From an uncultured Alkaliphilus sp. (lineage in GTDB: Bacteria > Bacillota > Clostridia > Peptostreptococcales > Natronincolaceae), in the NCBI GenBank assembly GCA_938074565.1, contig CALJEQ010000012.1:13247-77246 (forward strand): a stretch of 64,000 nucleotides of DNA, given 5' to 3'. The notes beneath the pieces are model-generated. The model was not told the DNA's origin and searched no databases. It worked only from the letters and a program-made list of their open reading frames with translations. Position numbers and translations under genes: made by a program. Shown one piece after another: positions 63,366 to 64,000 of this stretch. The first letter of the stretch is position 1, and each line of letters begins with the position of its first letter.

Positions 63366-64000
63366 ATGAGAAATCAAACATTACTTACAGACTTATATCA
63401 ATTAACCATGATGAATGGCTATTTAAAAAATGATATTGCGGAGGATGTTGTGGTATTTGATGTCTTCTTTAGAAAAAATCCATCGGATAACAGTTTTACT
63501 ATTGTTGCTGGTATTGACCAAGTAATAGACTATATTAACAACCTACATTTTGATGAAGAAGACTTAAATTATTTACGTAATACAAATCTTTTTGATGAAG
63601 ATTTTATTAATGCTCTAAAGCAATTTAAGTTTACAGGTGATATTTATACGGTTCAAGAAGGTTCTATTATGTTTCCTTATGAGCCTATAATGAGGGTTAA
63701 AGCCACCTGTTTTCAAGCTCAATTAATAGAGACTGCCATTCTAAATATAATTAATTTCCAGTCTTTAATAGCTACAAAAGCCTCTAGAGTTTGTGAAGCC
63801 GCTAAAGGCGATGCTGTATTTGAATTTGGCCTGCGTCGAGCTCAAGGTCCTGATGCTGGAATTTATGGTGCAAGGGCTGCTTATATTGGTGGTTGTGCTG
63901 GAACTTCAAATGTTTTGGCTGGCAAAATGTTTAACATCCCTATCACTGGTACAATGGCCCACAGTTGGGTGCAGAAATTTGATAATGAACTGGAGGCTTT
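63366..64000 (+). CDS. pncB: Nicotinate phosphoribosyltransferase, N-terminal part (runs off the right edge of the window)
   Basis: The ATG is at 63366. My hand translation is MRNQTLLTDLYQLTMMNGYL...FEFGLRRAQGPDAG...GTSNVLAGKMFNIPITGTMAHSWVQ. It is absent from the ORF track because there is no stop in the window. Confidence 0.9.
   Translation, partial: MRNQTLLTDLYQLTMMNGYLKNDIAEDVVVFDVFFRKNPSDNSFTIVAGIDQVIDYINNLHFDEEDLNYLRNTNLFDEDFINALKQFKFTGDIYTVQEGSIMFPYEPIMRVKATCFQAQLIETAILNIINFQSLIATKASRVCEAAKGDAVFEFGLRRAQGPDAGIYGARAAYIGGCAGTSNVLAGKMFNIPITGTMAHSWVQKFDNELEA

Overview
This is a low-GC Firmicutes (Clostridia-type spore-former) chromosomal window. About 85% of its genes are on the minus strand. 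The backbone is the conserved origin-proximal housekeeping and sporulation cluster, in the same order as the Bacillus subtilis metS-to-spoIIE region. Read right to left it runs: T-box-metG, tatD/yabD, yabE, rnmV, rsmA/ksgA ... purR, spoVG, glmU, prs, pth, mfd, spoVT, yabM, yabN, hup, yabO, spoIID, yabP, yabQ, divIC, yabR, ppx, spoIIE. spmAB and a partial pncB lie at the right edge.

Several accessory blocks are inserted into this backbone:
(1) The left end holds a very large IPT/TIG-repeat surface protein (partial, so missing from the ORF track), a secreted stalk-domain protein and a small SLH protein. Next to them is an HTH-TPR (RNPP-like) regulator followed by an unannotated 53-codon exported pro-peptide gene, a candidate peptide quorum-sensing cassette.
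(2) Between purR and murC sits a compact module of LPKTG-anchored Cna-B/pilin-like adhesin, dedicated sortase and secreted transglutaminase-like (Cys-His-Asp) protein. Two separate c-di-GMP-I (GEMM-I) riboswitch aptamers, readable directly in the sequence, precede it. This is the most interesting system in the window.
(3) A MoxR ATPase, DUF58 and membrane transglutaminase operon lies next to a PA-domain S8 subtilase and an LCP protein.
(4) A PLP decarboxylase, M20 peptidase and AbgT transporter cluster.
(5) A group of putative sporulation or coat genes: ytrH/ytrI, a His/Tyr-rich protein, and a 500-aa K/E-repeat Tyr-rich protein.
(6) A CAP-domain protein and an HD-GYP c-di-GMP phosphodiesterase lie between yabE and yabD.

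I saw no rRNA, tRNA, CRISPR array, transposase or integrase. All calls come from reading the sequence and translations by eye. No searches or folding programs were run, and small-feature coordinates are good to about +/-3 nt.
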